Source of the DNA: Synechococcus sp. CBW1108
GTDB taxonomy: Bacteria; Cyanobacteriota; Cyanobacteriia; PCC-6307; Cyanobiaceae
Assembly: GCF_015840335.1 (NCBI RefSeq)
Contig: NZ_CP060395.1
Coordinates: 1,609,277 to 1,649,276, forward strand
Reading direction: 5' to 3'
Length of the DNA stretch: 40,000 nt
A model generated the notes under the pieces. It made no database searches, had not been told where the DNA came from, and saw nothing but the letters and a program-made list of their open reading frames with translations. Positions 9,336 to 17,137 of the stretch are shown piece by piece. The position numbers and the translations under genes are program-made. The first letter of the stretch is position 1. Each line of letters begins with the position of its first letter.

Positions 9336-9403
9336 TCGCTGTGCGCTGACCCGATCCCGACCCTCGGCCTCAGCCCCCTGATTGCACGTTCCGGAGTTTC
9401 TCC

Positions 9404-9853
9404 ATGCCCTCGATTCCCCAGGCCCATCGCGGCAACCCGTTGATCGATGCCGAAACCACGCTGGTGGGGGTGATCGCCCACGGCGCCCTGCGCCCCGCCC
9501 CCAAAAAGTTCGTGAGCGGCGAGGTGGTGCGGTTGACCACCAAGCTCGATGCGGCGGCACGCTTCACGCTGGTGGCCAGCCACTCCAGCCACACCGCAGC
9601 GGTGACGGTGGATCTGCAGCTGGCGCCGCTGCTGATCGACGGTGCCACCGGCACGTTCGTGAGCGCCGTGAAGGTGTCGCTGCCCGCAGAAGGTGGCCGG
9701 GTGGAGGCGTATCTGAGTGGGCGTGACATCAGCATCGCCGCCGCCGATCAGACGCGGGTGCAGTGGCCGTGCATCTGTTTCGCCAAGGTCGTGGTAACGC
9801 CCTCGACGCCGGCGGATCTGCACGTGGGCCTGACCGCAACCATCCCTGCCTGA
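9404..9853 (+). CDS. hypothetical protein (149 aa), downstream of the capsid gene
   Basis: ATG start, co-oriented with the capsid gene, GC3-biased. Confidence 0.45.
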   Translation: MPSIPQAHRGNPLIDAETTLVGVIAHGALRPAPKKFVSGEVVRLTTKLDAAARFTLVASHSSHTAAVTVDLQLAPLLIDGATGTFVSAVKVSLPAEGGRVEAYLSGRDISIAAADQTRVQWPCICFAKVVVTPSTPADLHVGLTATIPA

Positions 9854-9858
9854 TCGCC

Positions 9859-10377
9859 ATGACCAGCACGATCATCAGCAGCGCCACCCCGATCGATCCG
9901 CGCACGGGCTGGGTGCTGCTGCACAAGGGCGAGGAGGAGATCTACGTGTGGGCGGTGCATGCCGCCGGCTGGCAGGCGCTGGGCTGGAGCATGGGATCAG
10001 CGCCGGTGAAGGCGCCTGAACCGGAGCCGGAGCTGCCGCTTACTCCCAGCCCGGAGCCGCCGATTGAGGACCAGCCGGCTGATGCCCCTGCAACCGATCC
10101 TGTCCTCGCCCCCGAGGTTGATTCCGCCTTCGACCGTGAGCTGGACGCCGAGCACAACGCTGAGGTGGAGCCAGGGCCAGACGCCATCGCTGATCCCGTT
10201 GCCGCCGTGCCGGACTTCGGGGCGATGACCAAGGCCGAGATCATCGAGCACTGCTCCCGTGACTACGGGGTGCTGCTGGACAACAGCCTGACCAAGGCCG
10301 CCCTGGTGACAGAGGCCGAGGCCCTGGCCGCTGCCGCCCCCCTACCGGATGCGCTGGTGGATGACCTGATGCGCTGA
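9859..10377 (+). CDS. hypothetical protein with Pro/Glu-rich linker and C-terminal Rho-N/SAP-like helical motif
   Basis: ATG at 9859 (internal to ORF 9763..10377). PEPEPELPLTPSPEPP linker. C-terminal MTKAEIIEHCSRDYGVLLDNSLTKAALV resembles HeH/Rho-N DNA-binding motifs. Confidence 0.5.
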   Translation: MTSTIISSATPIDPRTGWVLLHKGEEEIYVWAVHAAGWQALGWSMGSAPVKAPEPEPELPLTPSPEPPIEDQPADAPATDPVLAPEVDSAFDRELDAEHNAEVEPGPDAIADPVAAVPDFGAMTKAEIIEHCSRDYGVLLDNSLTKAALVTEAEALAAAAPLPDALVDDLMR

Positions 10378-10418
10378 GCAGCTGGATCCCCTCAGCTGCA
10401 GTGGGCCACCTGCAGCTG
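10378..10418 (+). terminator. overlapping hairpins built from three GCAGCTG/CAGCTGC copies (terminator candidate)
   Basis: gcagctg (10378-10384) pairs with cagctgc (10393-10399), and cagctgca (10393-10400) pairs with tgcagctg (10411-10418). Begins immediately after the stop at 10375-10377. No clear U-tract. Confidence 0.3.
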
Positions 10419-10599
10419 CTCATTGGCCCCACAACGTTGATGGTGGCGGTGGGGAAAGGGGATCTGAGCCTGCGGCGTTCGAGCCCCCAAGGAGGTTGTT
10501 CCAGCTGAAAGCAACGGATCGCGCCCAGCGTGCCCTGCTGAACCTGGCCAACCTCGCCACCTGCGCGATGGTGCCAATGCCCCCCCAGAGCGCAGGGAG

Positions 10600-10827
10600 A
10601 TGAGCTGGTCGGATCTGGAGCGGTTGGTGGTTGATGCAGAAGCCAGTGCCCAACTCCAGGGCGTCCTGCGCCGTTGCAGCTCCCGCAATGAGCTGCTGCA
10701 GACCGCACGGCGGCTGGGCTATCGGGTGACCCACACCGATCTGCGCCAGGCCTGGGTGCAGCACCTGCAGGACGCCGAGGCCCAGGAGATCAGCCAGCCC
10801 CAGCCGGCCGCTGGAACTGGACACTGA
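10600..10827 (+). CDS. Nif11-domain protein (Nif11-like leader-type peptide, 75 aa)
   Basis: MSWSDLERLVVDAEASAQLQGVLRRCSSRNELLQTARRLGYRVTHTDL matches the Nif11 N-terminal domain pattern. AGGGAG Shine-Dalgarno sequence directly upstream of the ATG. Confidence 0.7.
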   Translation: MSWSDLERLVVDAEASAQLQGVLRRCSSRNELLQTARRLGYRVTHTDLRQAWVQHLQDAEAQEISQPQPAAGTGH

Positions 10828-11281
10828 GCCGGCTGGCTTCTACACGCTCCAGCGCAGCGGTTCCTCCCAGGCGGCCTCTGGGCAGATCAGATCCCAGCAG
10901 CAGCCGATCGGCTGTGGAACCGGCAGGGAGAACAGCACCAGCTGCCGGGCAACTTGCACTGGGTGACGGCGCTGTGGCTTGCGCTGGCGGGACCGGCAGG
11001 AAGTGGTGGTGGTGGCTTCCATGGCGAACGGGAGAAGAAACGCCCCCCTCCACGCCCCCAAGCCACGGGGTCAAGGCCACCGCTCAGGTGCTCGTCTTGG
11101 CCTTGACGCTGGGGCGCTGCCAGCCCACCGCAACTGGTGGCTGCTGGCCGCGGGGCGGACCATCGGGGACGTGCTCTCCTGCGTCATCGACCACCGCCAC
11201 CCCCGGACTGCCCTACCGGTGCCGGAGAGGCACAGCAGGGGAGAGAAGCCGGGATCAGGGCTCCCGGCAGGCCCTTGGGCA

Positions 11282-11605
11282 TCAGGCCATCTGCAGCCGC
11301 AGCTCACTCAGCGCCTCACGATCGGCCTCCAGCTGGCAGCGGTGCAGCAACTCCTGCTGGGCCAGCAGCCGCTCATCGAGCTCATCCACCCGCGCCAGGC
11401 ATTGCTGGATCGCTGGGATCACCTCCTCTTCCAGGATCGTGATCTCCTCCTCGCCATAGGGCTGCTCGATCCAGGTGCGGCGCAGCGGCAGCCCCCGCCG
11501 CAGCTGCAGGATCCGCTCGATCGCCTTGAGGCTGGATTCGAGCAGCAGAAACGGATCCTCTTCTGGCCGGCAGAACGGGGAGGCAGCGGCAGAAAGCATG
11601 GCCAT
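11282..11605 (-). CDS. hypothetical acidic helical protein (107 aa)
   Basis: Internal ATG (cat at 11603-11605) of ORF 11282..11695. Coding-like composition, no motif recognised. Confidence 0.45.
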   Translation of the reverse strand: MAMLSAAASPFCRPEEDPFLLLESSLKAIERILQLRRGLPLRRTWIEQPYGEEEITILEEEVIPAIQQCLARVDELDERLLAQQELLHRCQLEADREALSELRLQMA

Positions 11606-11698
11606 GGAATCGGCGCCGAGAGCGGCGCAGCGACGGGACCGATCCCAGCAGGGGCCTGACGCAGGAAGGCCCCAGACTGGAGAGGACCCGAGCAAGCC

Positions 11699-11736
11699 CT
11701 TTTCAGGACTGAGGTTCTGAAAAGGGCCAGAGGCCC
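11699..11736 (-). terminator. tandem hairpins downstream of the sigma-factor stop
   Basis: On the minus strand, GGGCC-TCT-GGCCC followed by TTTT. Then CTTTTCAG (11699-11706) pairs with CTGAAAAG (11717-11724), an 8-bp stem with a 10-nt loop. Confidence 0.4.
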
Positions 11737-12332
11737 TAGACCTCCAGCTGCAGCCTCAGGGAGGCGATGGCCTTTTTCTGGGCTCTCTGCACGGACATGG
11801 CACTGATTTCCAGCCGCTCGGCCGCTTGCCGGAGCGACAGGCCCTCGAGGAGAGTGAGCCGGAGGGCTGTGGCCTGGGCAGCAGGCAGCTGCTCGACCAG
11901 CTGCTCCAGCGCCAGGCCATGGATGGCTTCGCTGAGAGCCTGCCCGGCTTCTGGAGCGACCAGCTGATCGAGCAGGCAGGGCTCGCCATCAACGCTGGCA
12001 TCAAGACTGAGGTGCCCCAGCGGGCAATGGCCTTGCTCATGCAGCCGGCGCGGCACGCGCACCAGCCGCACCCGATCGCGCAGGTGGTGCTGCAGGGCCC
12101 CGCTGATGCAGCGGCGCAGATAAGGCCAAGCGGGCTCACCAGCTCTGCAGCGGGGAGCGGAGCGGACCAGGGCCTCCCGGGCCACCTGGATCAGATCCTC
12201 TCGCTCCACCAGCGGGAACAGACGCCGGGCGGCGGCGGAGGCAATGGCATCAGCCAGAGGCAGGTGCTCCAGCACCAGGGCATCACGGGCCTTGAGGGCC
12301 GAGCTGCTGAGGGGGGAAGCGGGGGAAGCCAT
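11736..12332 (-). CDS. sigma-70 family RNA polymerase sigma factor (group-3/SigF-like, 198 aa)
   Basis: Region 2 (EDLIQVAREALVRSAPR...WPYLRRCISGALQHHLRD) and region 4 HTH (LRLTLLEGLSLRQAAERLEISAMSVQRAQKKAIASLR). Start set at the ATG MASPAS (cat at 12330-12332). Confidence 0.8.
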   Translation of the reverse strand: MASPASPLSSSALKARDALVLEHLPLADAIASAAARRLFPLVEREDLIQVAREALVRSAPRCRAGEPAWPYLRRCISGALQHHLRDRVRLVRVPRRLHEQGHCPLGHLSLDASVDGEPCLLDQLVAPEAGQALSEAIHGLALEQLVEQLPAAQATALRLTLLEGLSLRQAAERLEISAMSVQRAQKKAIASLRLQLEV

Positions 12333-12940
12333 CGGCAGGACGGCGAAGAACCCCACCCCCACCGGCCGGCCGCAGCGCCGCGGCAAGGACGCCCCACAGG
12401 GGCGCATGGCCTGATCCGTGACGCGGCGTGAGGACTGGCCGAGGGATGCGGTGGGTGTGCGCCGGCCCTGGTGGCAATCCCCCTCCGCTGTTCTTTCGAC
12501 CAGCCAGCTAAGACCCCACAGCAACGCCCTCACCCGGGGCCGTGTGCTCAGGCCTGCTGGAGATTCCCGCTCCGATGCAAATCCCCAGCGTTCAGACCGG
12601 GATCAAGTTCAGGAATCTGATCCACGGCCTTGGGGATTGGCCGGCAGTTCCTCCAACTGTTCGGCCAATGCCCAGACGTTGTTAATCAGCGGTCCTATCG
12701 GGATCAGCAAAGCATCCCGCTCAAGCGATCCCATGGCGGTGACCCACACCTGGGCAGTGAGCTCAGCCAGCTACTTGCGGAGCTCGGCAAGGCGCTGTTA
12801 GCGATAGTCCATGAACGCATGCGTATCTGCGCTTAGTGCTCCTACAATCACCGCTTCCTGCCGCGAAGGACTGATGAGCAAGAATCAGCCAAAAGACGGC
12901 CCAATAGCAAACCGATGCAGGGCCAAGAAATAGCCCGGCA

Positions 12941-13615
12941 CTATTCATTATTCTGATCCTCTTGGATCGCGCCAGTCAAGCTGATTGGACGAGCTGCTTC
13001 CCCATCGCCAACATCAGTCGGAGCCCTGGAAAAGATTTCCGTCAATGAACTGGGGTAGTCCACAATATAATCACTGCCATCGTCAATCAGCGCGAAAAGC
13101 CTGCCAGATGGCTGCGAGTCTTGCACTCTTCCTATGCCAACAATAGATCGCTCAGATAGGCTTGTGATCCCCGAAGAAATGCTTATTTCCCGGAGCATTT
13201 TTTCCCTGGTTTGCTGGTCGACATTGATTAGCTGAGCCAGCCCATAGCCTTCGGTCTGAATTCCAGCATTAAAGGGCTTTGAGAGCTCGCTGAGCAGGCC
13301 CAATGGCATCTCAGCGTCATCACTTATTTTAATTCGCATCGTCTTATCTTTTCCAAGCTCAGCGACCCTACCCGGCAGCCCCATTTCCGCGCTGACCTTG
13401 TCTTTCCCCAGGGTTATGCCGCTTAGACGAGCACCATTGAAAGATAGCAATGCAAATAGGGATCCCACCAGAAACATCAGGGTGTTCACTTCCTTTATAG
13501 AAAGCGAGCCCAGAATAAAGAGCAGCCCGACACAGGCAAGCCAGATCCTTCCAATTGGATCCAAAAGGCGTTCTGCCTGGGACTGGCTATCGGGTGAGTG
13601 ACTGGGTTGACGCAT
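12941..13615 (-). CDS. hypothetical membrane protein (2 predicted TM helices plus a soluble C-terminal domain, 224 aa)
   Basis: IWLACVGLLFILGSLSI and LMFLVGSLFALLSF are hydrophobic helices. Starts 15 nt downstream of the brxL stop. Clearly AT-richer than brxL (hand-counted lines at 13201 and 13441: 52% and 42% GC). Confidence 0.55.
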   Translation of the reverse strand: MRQPSHSPDSQSQAERLLDPIGRIWLACVGLLFILGSLSIKEVNTLMFLVGSLFALLSFNGARLSGITLGKDKVSAEMGLPGRVAELGKDKTMRIKISDDAEMPLGLLSELSKPFNAGIQTEGYGLAQLINVDQQTREKMLREISISSGITSLSERSIVGIGRVQDSQPSGRLFALIDDGSDYIVDYPSSLTEIFSRAPTDVGDGEAARPISLTGAIQEDQNNE

Positions 13616-13629
13616 TGGATTTACTACTT

Positions 13630-15687
13630 CTATTCCTCCAGCCCCTTAAACACTGCATCCTCCGGATCCTTGTAGAACTCAATCGAGATCTTGGTCCAGA
13701 GGTCATCGGGTAGGTCGTTGAGGCCGCGGCGGGCTGAGACGGGCATCAACAGCACTTTGGCCTGCTTCTCCACGGCCAACTCGGCAATGGCGACGGCGTT
13801 GGGGATCATCTCAACGGAACCGCCGAGATTGAGGGAGCCGACGACGATGGTGCTGCCTCGGGTGTTGCGGTCGAGCAGGCCGCCGACCAGGGCAACCATC
13901 ACCGGCAGGCCGAGGCCGGCGCCGCTGCGATCGTTGTCCATGGCGCGGAGCTGGATCGAGAACTCATGGCCGCGGGGGTCGCGGTCACCCAGCAGGTTCT
14001 TGGCCCGGGCGTAGACGTTCTGCTCACCCACCTTGGTGCTCTCTCGGAAGGCAGGTGGCACGGGCTGGTTGAGGATCTTGACGCCGCTGCCCGGGCCGAC
14101 GGCCACCTCGATCCGGTAGAGGCTGGGGCCGGTTTCGCCGGTGCCGGGGCTGATGGCCCACACCTGGCCGGGCGGCAGGGGATCGCCATCAATGGCGTCG
14201 TCGCTGTGGAGCTCGGGCGTGGCCACGAACTTCTCCACCCCATCAAGGCCGAGGGTGTAGCTGAAGTGGGTGTTGCGGAACTCGCTCTTGAGGCAGCGCT
14301 TCTGCTGCTCTTTGACCCGGCGACGTGATTCGAGCGCCAGGCGCACGATCCATTCGAGATCCTCGTCGGGGATCTCCATCTCGGGATCGGGGAACAGCAG
14401 CTTGATCAGGGCGCTCACCGTTTTGTTGACGCCCTCGATGTCGCGGCCGCTGAGGGCACCGCCGAGGTGTATCCGGTTTTGCAACGCCGCCAGGCGGCTG
14501 CCATCGCGCAGGCGGCTCCAGCACTCGCTGAGGAAGTCGCTAACCAATCCGAAGTGACTGGTCAGGTGCTCGTTGGGGTTGAGCTTGGGGAAATCCCAGC
14601 CGGGGGCGTAAGCGTGGATGCGGTCCTGGAAGGCCGTGTCATCGCGCATCTCCCGCGGCAATGGGCTGAGCAGGTGGCCGATCCGCTGCTGCTGCTCCAC
14701 ATCAACATCGAAGTTGCCCACCATCACGATGCCGCCTTCAGCACGAATGCTCTCCTTGCCGCGGCTGAACTCACCGGAGGCCATGTAGCCCTTGAGGATA
14801 TTGACGCCGTCTTTCTGGTCGAACGACACTCCGGCCACCTCGTCGAAGCAGACCACGTCGTATTGGCAGACCAGGCCGCGCTGGCCATTGCTGTTGTTGA
14901 CGAACATCTTGGCGACGGTGGCCTTGCCGCCAGAGATCAGGTGGGAGTAGGGGGAAATCTGCTGGAACAGGTGGCTTTTGCCCGTACCTCGCGGGCCCAG
15001 CTCCACCAGGTTGAAGTTGCGCTCCACGAAGGGAGCCATGCGCAACAGCACCACCATCTTGGCCCGCTCATCGAGGGCTGTTGGCTCGAGGCCGATGGAG
15101 CGAATCAGGAAGTCACGCCACTCCTCTGTGGTGAATGAAGCGCGGCCCTTGGCCAGGATCCCCAGCACGTTGGGGTTGGACATCTGGATCGGCCGCAGCC
15201 CAGCAATGCGGAAGGGCCGGCCGTTGCGCTCCTGGGCGATCACCGGGTCGTATTCCAGTGACACCTCGGCGTAGAAGCCATCGGTGAGCATGCGCTCGTT
15301 GGCGCGCACCAGCTCGTCGTCGATCTGGGCGTCCTTGATGGCGAGGCTGGGCACCTCCGCCATGTAGGAGTCGCTGCGGGTGTCGAGTCGAGCTCGCACA
15401 ATGTCGATGATCTTGACGCTGCCCTGATCCCGGGCCCTGGCTTTGAACAGCTCCTCCTCGCCGGTGCGCACCGTTCGGCCCTGGAGCTGCTTTTCCACGA
15501 TCTGCAGCCCTTCTTCGATTTCGCCCGGATCGGTGCTGGCGCAGTAGCGGCCCAGCAGGAACTCCACCACGTAGGTGGGTACCGGGTATTGGCGGGAGTA
15601 CTTGCGGACCAGGAAGCCATCAAAGGCCTTGGCGCCGAGCTGGTCGAGCTGGTCCATCTCGCTGGTGGCAGCGGGTGTGCTGGTCAT
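13630..15687 (-). CDS. brxL: BREX-type Lon protease-like ATPase BrxL
   Basis: N-terminal VRKYSRQYPVPTYVVEFLLGRYC...EEGLQIVEKQL pattern of BrxL. AAA+ Walker A GPRGTGKSH and Walker B VVCFDEV. C-terminal Lon-protease-like domain (RSGAGLGLPVMVALVGGLL...EKQAKVLLMP). 685 aa. Confidence 0.85.
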   Translation of the reverse strand: MTSTPAATSEMDQLDQLGAKAFDGFLVRKYSRQYPVPTYVVEFLLGRYCASTDPGEIEEGLQIVEKQLQGRTVRTGEEELFKARARDQGSVKIIDIVRARLDTRSDSYMAEVPSLAIKDAQIDDELVRANERMLTDGFYAEVSLEYDPVIAQERNGRPFRIAGLRPIQMSNPNVLGILAKGRASFTTEEWRDFLIRSIGLEPTALDERAKMVVLLRMAPFVERNFNLVELGPRGTGKSHLFQQISPYSHLISGGKATVAKMFVNNSNGQRGLVCQYDVVCFDEVAGVSFDQKDGVNILKGYMASGEFSRGKESIRAEGGIVMVGNFDVDVEQQQRIGHLLSPLPREMRDDTAFQDRIHAYAPGWDFPKLNPNEHLTSHFGLVSDFLSECWSRLRDGSRLAALQNRIHLGGALSGRDIEGVNKTVSALIKLLFPDPEMEIPDEDLEWIVRLALESRRRVKEQQKRCLKSEFRNTHFSYTLGLDGVEKFVATPELHSDDAIDGDPLPPGQVWAISPGTGETGPSLYRIEVAVGPGSGVKILNQPVPPAFRESTKVGEQNVYARAKNLLGDRDPRGHEFSIQLRAMDNDRSGAGLGLPVMVALVGGLLDRNTRGSTIVVGSLNLGGSVEMIPNAVAIAELAVEKQAKVLLMPVSARRGLNDLPDDLWTKISIEFYKDPEDAVFKGLEE

Positions 15688-16130
15688 GCCAACACCTCCA
15701 GCTGAAGGAGCTGGGCGGCCTGATTCAGACGCCGGTCGTAGCAGGCGAAGGTGACCGATTCACCGAAGGTGAGTCGTAACTCATGGGCTGCCGCCAGCTG
15801 CACACTGTCGTAACCCCTGAGCGCAAATCCATCTGCGAAACGCCCAGCCGCTTCGACTAATTGCTGGCTGACTTCAACAATGGTGAACGACGGCCAAAGC
15901 TTGATTAGACGTTGACGTGCCAAGTCGATTTCATCAGCACTGGTTGAATCTTCCCGCTGACGACGTGCCATCGCAGCCATGGCCTCGGCCCAGGTCATTC
16001 TGCAGGCTGCGATCACGCCCGCACGTTCGCTGGCCTGGTGGATCTGAGCTGAGTCAGGCTCATCAATCAAAAGCTTGATCAGGGCACTCGTATCGCAGAA
16101 CAGAAGCACGCGCTTAACCCCGGTCTTCAA
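15684..16130 (-). CDS. vapC: PIN-domain toxin (VapC family)
   Basis: VLLFCDTSALIKLLIDE (N-terminal acidic PIN motif) and later GYDSVQLAAA. The stop overlaps the brxL ATG (ATGA at 15684-15687). The start is either TTG at 16130 or GTG at 16109. Confidence 0.75.
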   Translation of the reverse strand: MKTGVKRVLLFCDTSALIKLLIDEPDSAQIHQASERAGVIAACRMTWAEAMAAMARRQREDSTSADEIDLARQRLIKLWPSFTIVEVSQQLVEAAGRFADGFALRGYDSVQLAAAHELRLTFGESVTFACYDRRLNQAAQLLQLEVLA

Positions 16131-16407
16131 TCACGATCTCGCTGATGAGCTTCCCTTTGCCTCTGAGCTTGATGGGCGGGGGGAACACGGGCTTCTGCCC
16201 GCTCCAGCTGATCAGGCCCGCATCAATCGCCTTCTGCAGCGGGCTGGTGATCCCTGAGTCCGCTGGCTTCACAGCTGTGATGCGGGCGATGGGCTTGCGA
16301 TGGGAGGTGACTTCCACCACCTCGCCCGCCTGGGCACGGGCCAGCCACTCGGAGAGGTGGGTCTTGAGATCCCGCACCGACACCTGACTTGCGACCACAT
16401 CGGCCAT
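16114..16407 (-). CDS. Phd/YefM-family antitoxin
   Basis: MADVVASQVSVRDLKTHLSEWLARAQAGEVVEVTSHRKPIARI is the typical Phd/YefM N-terminus. C-terminus ...GKLISEIVIEDRG. ATG at cat 16405-16407. Overlaps or abuts the vapC start. Confidence 0.7.
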   Translation of the reverse strand: MADVVASQVSVRDLKTHLSEWLARAQAGEVVEVTSHRKPIARITAVKPADSGITSPLQKAIDAGLISWSGQKPVFPPPIKLRGKGKLISEIVIEDRG

Positions 16408-16510
16408 GGCTGTCTCCGATTCCGCGACCACGCTAGGTCTGATTTCGCTGGTCATGCTTCTCCTCCAACCACGGTGCGGCGCTGGGCGATGACGCGCCCC
16501 TCAGGGCTGA

Positions 16511-16813
16511 TCAACACGGCCACGACCACGGCTCCTTCCTGTCCTCGTCGTGGTTGGAGCGGAACTGACCGAGCCGGTTTCGCGGCGGCAGGTGCCGCAC
16601 CACAGGCGACGGCACGCCGCCATCGGGGCCGCCACCACCAGGGCCCCTGGCCCCGGGGCGGCCGGAGTCCATGAAGTAGGTGGCGGCCGATTGCCCGGCC
16701 AGGGCGATGGCGGGAAGGGCCAGGGACCAGCGGCTATCGCACAGGGCGATGTCGGTGGCGCGGGCCTCACAGACGCCCACAAAGGCCATCAACGAAAAGA
16801 TCTCCGCACCCAC
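16511..16813 (-). CDS. possible small hydrophobic/Gly-rich protein (100 aa); weak call
   Basis: GTG-initiated ORF with two hydrophobic stretches (IFSLMAFVGV, WSLALPAIALAG). Competing ORFs exist in other frames of this GC-rich stretch. Confidence 0.2.
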   Translation of the reverse strand: MGAEIFSLMAFVGVCEARATDIALCDSRWSLALPAIALAGQSAATYFMDSGRPGARGPGGGGPDGGVPSPVVRHLPPRNRLGQFRSNHDEDRKEPWSWPC

Positions 16814-16907
16814 CAGGGCCAGGATCGGGGCGGAGTTGCTGCTCAGCTGCGGTTAGCCCTCTATGGGCCTTTGCCAGGCAGCCCAGCGGCTGAGCTGGGA
16901 AGGGGCC

Positions 16908-17069
16908 TCAGCCCCCGCCAGAGAGCTGCTGCCGCATGGCGGCGATGGCCTTCTTCTGGGCCCGTATCACCGACATGGCGCTGACCTCAAGCCGCTCGGC
17001 CGCAGCCCACAGTGACAAGCCCTCGGGGACGATAAGCCTGAGAAAGGGGCCTGAGCTGCCGGGAACGGT
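16908..17069 (-). pseudogene. orphan 3' remnant of a sigma-70 family gene (region 4 only)
   Basis: Hand translation of the minus strand gives (stop)TVPGSSGPFLRLIVPEGLSLWAAAERLEVSAMSVIRAQKKAIAAMRQQLSGGG(stop). This aligns with LRLTLLEGLSLRQAAERLEISAMSVQRAQKKAIASLRLQLEV of 11736..12332 (about three-quarters nucleotide identity by eye). There is no upstream region 2/3, and an in-frame stop sits at 17070-17072. Confidence 0.6.
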
Positions 17070-17094
17070 TCAACAAGCAGCATGGACCCAACGA

Positions 17095-17137
17095 ACACTC
17101 CCTCAGCTCTGGGTTTCGGGCCCGCAGGAGGGAGTGT
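17095..17137. repeat. perfect 10-bp inverted repeat (hairpin) at the island's left junction
   Basis: acactccctc (17095-17104) pairs with gagggagtgt (17128-17137) around a 23-nt loop. It lies between the sigma remnant and queD. Confidence 0.4.

Larger units (their letters stand above)
2155..10377. mobile_element. phage-derived head-morphogenesis gene cluster (cryptic or domesticated; incomplete)
   Basis: Portal-like, scaffold-like and HK97-type capsid genes lie on the + strand with small co-oriented ORFs. No terminase, protease, tail, integrase or repressor gene was recognised. GC is host-like. Confidence 0.45.

Noticed and set aside
8331-9560. The N-terminal 410 aa of the 658-aa ORF 7584..9560(-).
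   Set aside because: This part is antisense to the well-supported capsid gene and has a spurious-looking composition. Only the C-terminal 248 aa (from the ATG at 8330) carries the peptidase motifs.
10828-11281. Small ORFs in the gap downstream of the Nif11 gene, e.g. minus-strand MEATTTTSCRSRQRKPQRRHPV... from the ATG at 11022 (ORF 10840..11061), and plus-strand 10914..11459 and 10979..11659.
   Set aside because: There is no RBS or motif, the frames compete and overlap, and the plus-strand ones run antisense through the better-supported 11282..11605 gene. The region may hold a small gene or an ncRNA, but I cannot support a call.
12560-12836. A possible decayed gene on the minus strand: MDYR(stop)QRLAELRK(stop)LAELTAQVWVTAMGSLERDALLIPIGPLINNVWALAEQLEELPANPQG. 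The 68-aa plus-strand ORF 12630..12836 was also considered.
   Set aside because: The minus-strand reading needs two in-frame stops, no family was recognised, and the plus-strand ORF has no motif. This could be a pseudogene at the edge of the BrxL module, but the evidence is too thin to call.
3-17069. The idea that a single inversion (breakpoints near 365 and 17070) separated the region-4-less sigma gene at the window start from the orphan region-4 remnant at 16908..17069. The strands and end polarity are compatible with that.
   Set aside because: About 30-40 codons (late region 3 to early region 4) are unaccounted for at either breakpoint. The sequence just upstream of the remnant does not encode sigma-like residues. 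The two pieces may simply be independent decayed paralogues. This stays a hypothesis, testable only by comparative genomics.
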